Shown one piece after another: positions 63,219 through 64,000 of a stretch of 64,000 nt of DNA (positions are counted from its first letter, which is position 1; each line of letters starts with the position of its first letter). Both the position numbers and the translations under genes were made by a program. Origin of the DNA: an uncultured delta proteobacterium (lineage in GTDB: Bacteria > Desulfobacterota > Binatia > Binatales > Binataceae); assembly GCA_963711565.1 (NCBI GenBank), contig CAVQEQ010000001.1, forward strand, positions 1,120,001 to 1,184,000, read 5' to 3'. Under the pieces are notes generated by a model, which was not told the origin of the DNA, did not search any database, and saw only the letters and a program-made list of their open reading frames with translations.

Positions 63219-63453
63219 AACCCCCGTCCACGTCCTTCAACAAATGCGCGGGAAGGACGTCGCCGCTAAGTAACGCGCAGCATATAATCACGCTACACTG
63301 TACGAAAGAGGCAATTAACTAGCAGATCGCCATCCTAGCGTCGAATGGCAAGCGATTCGTTACCAGACGCGACCCTGCCCTGCTTGCGCTACGAGGTAAA
63401 GTTGGGCTATCGGCGTCTTTGATTCGAGGCGTCTGAACAGAAGATTCGGGCTG

Positions 63454-64000
63454 ATGCGTTTCACATTAATGCTTTCCCGAGGAGAGTATCGGGACTTCCA
63501 GGCGATCGCTCAGGCCGCGGAGGCGTCCGGCTGGAGTTCGATCACAATTCCGGACAGCCTCTTTTTTCCGCGCGCTACCGAGTCCGACTATCCCTACGCG
63601 GACACCAACAACATCCGGGAATACATTTCGGCGACTCCTTTCATCGAACCTTTCGTCGCGATGGCCTGGATGGCGGCGGTAACGAAGACGCTGCGATTTT
63701 ATCCTGCGGTCATGAAGGTGCCGGTGCGCCAGCCGCTTGTGATCGCCAAGGCGCTGAGCTCACTAGCCGTTATTTCGGGCAACCGTGTCAGTCTCGGTGC
63801 GGGTCTCGGTCCTTGGCGCGAGGACTTTGGCTACAATGGCATCGCGTTCGAGAAGCGCGGCAGGCTCATGAACGAGTGCATCGAGATCATCCGCGGCGCG
63901 ATGCGCGGCGGCTACTTCGAGTTTCATAGTGACAACTACGACATCGGGCCGATGAAGATGAATCCCGTGCCTGACAAACCGGTGCCAATCCTGTACGGCG
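63454..64000 (+). CDS. LLM class (probably F420-dependent) oxidoreductase, 3'-truncated by the window edge
   Basis: Manual translation MRFTLMLS...AAEASGWSSITIPDSLFFP...YPY...EPFVAMAWMAAVTKTLRF...RQPLVIAK...SGNRVSLGAGLGPWREDF...MNPVPDKPVPILYG. Confidence 0.88.
   Translation, partial: MRFTLMLSRGEYRDFQAIAQAAEASGWSSITIPDSLFFPRATESDYPYADTNNIREYISATPFIEPFVAMAWMAAVTKTLRFYPAVMKVPVRQPLVIAKALSSLAVISGNRVSLGAGLGPWREDFGYNGIAFEKRGRLMNECIEIIRGAMRGGYFEFHSDNYDIGPMKMNPVPDKPVPILYG

Overview
GC-rich bacterial chromosomal window. Its gene content (several CaiB/BaiF CoA-transferases and acyl-CoA dehydrogenases, an LLM oxidoreductase, an S53 protease with Thr/Ala/Pro linker and Ig-like repeats) is suggestive of Candidatus Binatia, but that is inference only. 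About 55 CDS: a xanthine-dehydrogenase-family Mo enzyme (FAD/FeS/Mo) plus a MoaD/ThiS-like gene; a DUF2946-like CxxC/RAPP leader followed by TonB-dependent receptor-exbB-exbD-tonB; ppk1, fcl, a single-chain biotin carboxylase, two transglutaminases plus a C26 peptidase, an L,D-transpeptidase, sthA, ppc, recQ; and a GntR-associated CoA-transferase/Rieske-dioxygenase catabolic cluster. I recognised no rRNA, tRNA, CRISPR array, transposase or integrase. Signals not explained by the ORF track: (1) a candidate ~200-nt sRNA on the minus strand at 1120-1329 with its own sigma70-like promoter; (2) an uncalled, apparently leaderless, very basic 51-aa ORF coupled to a PIN nuclease; (3) orphan antitoxins, two of them among REP-like repeats whose copies show compensatory changes and sometimes supply stop codons; (4) local patches of NTA-codon/TpA enrichment inside conserved genes; (5) five single-base frameshifts, possibly assembly errors. 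All family calls come from motif recognition by eye; no searches were run.
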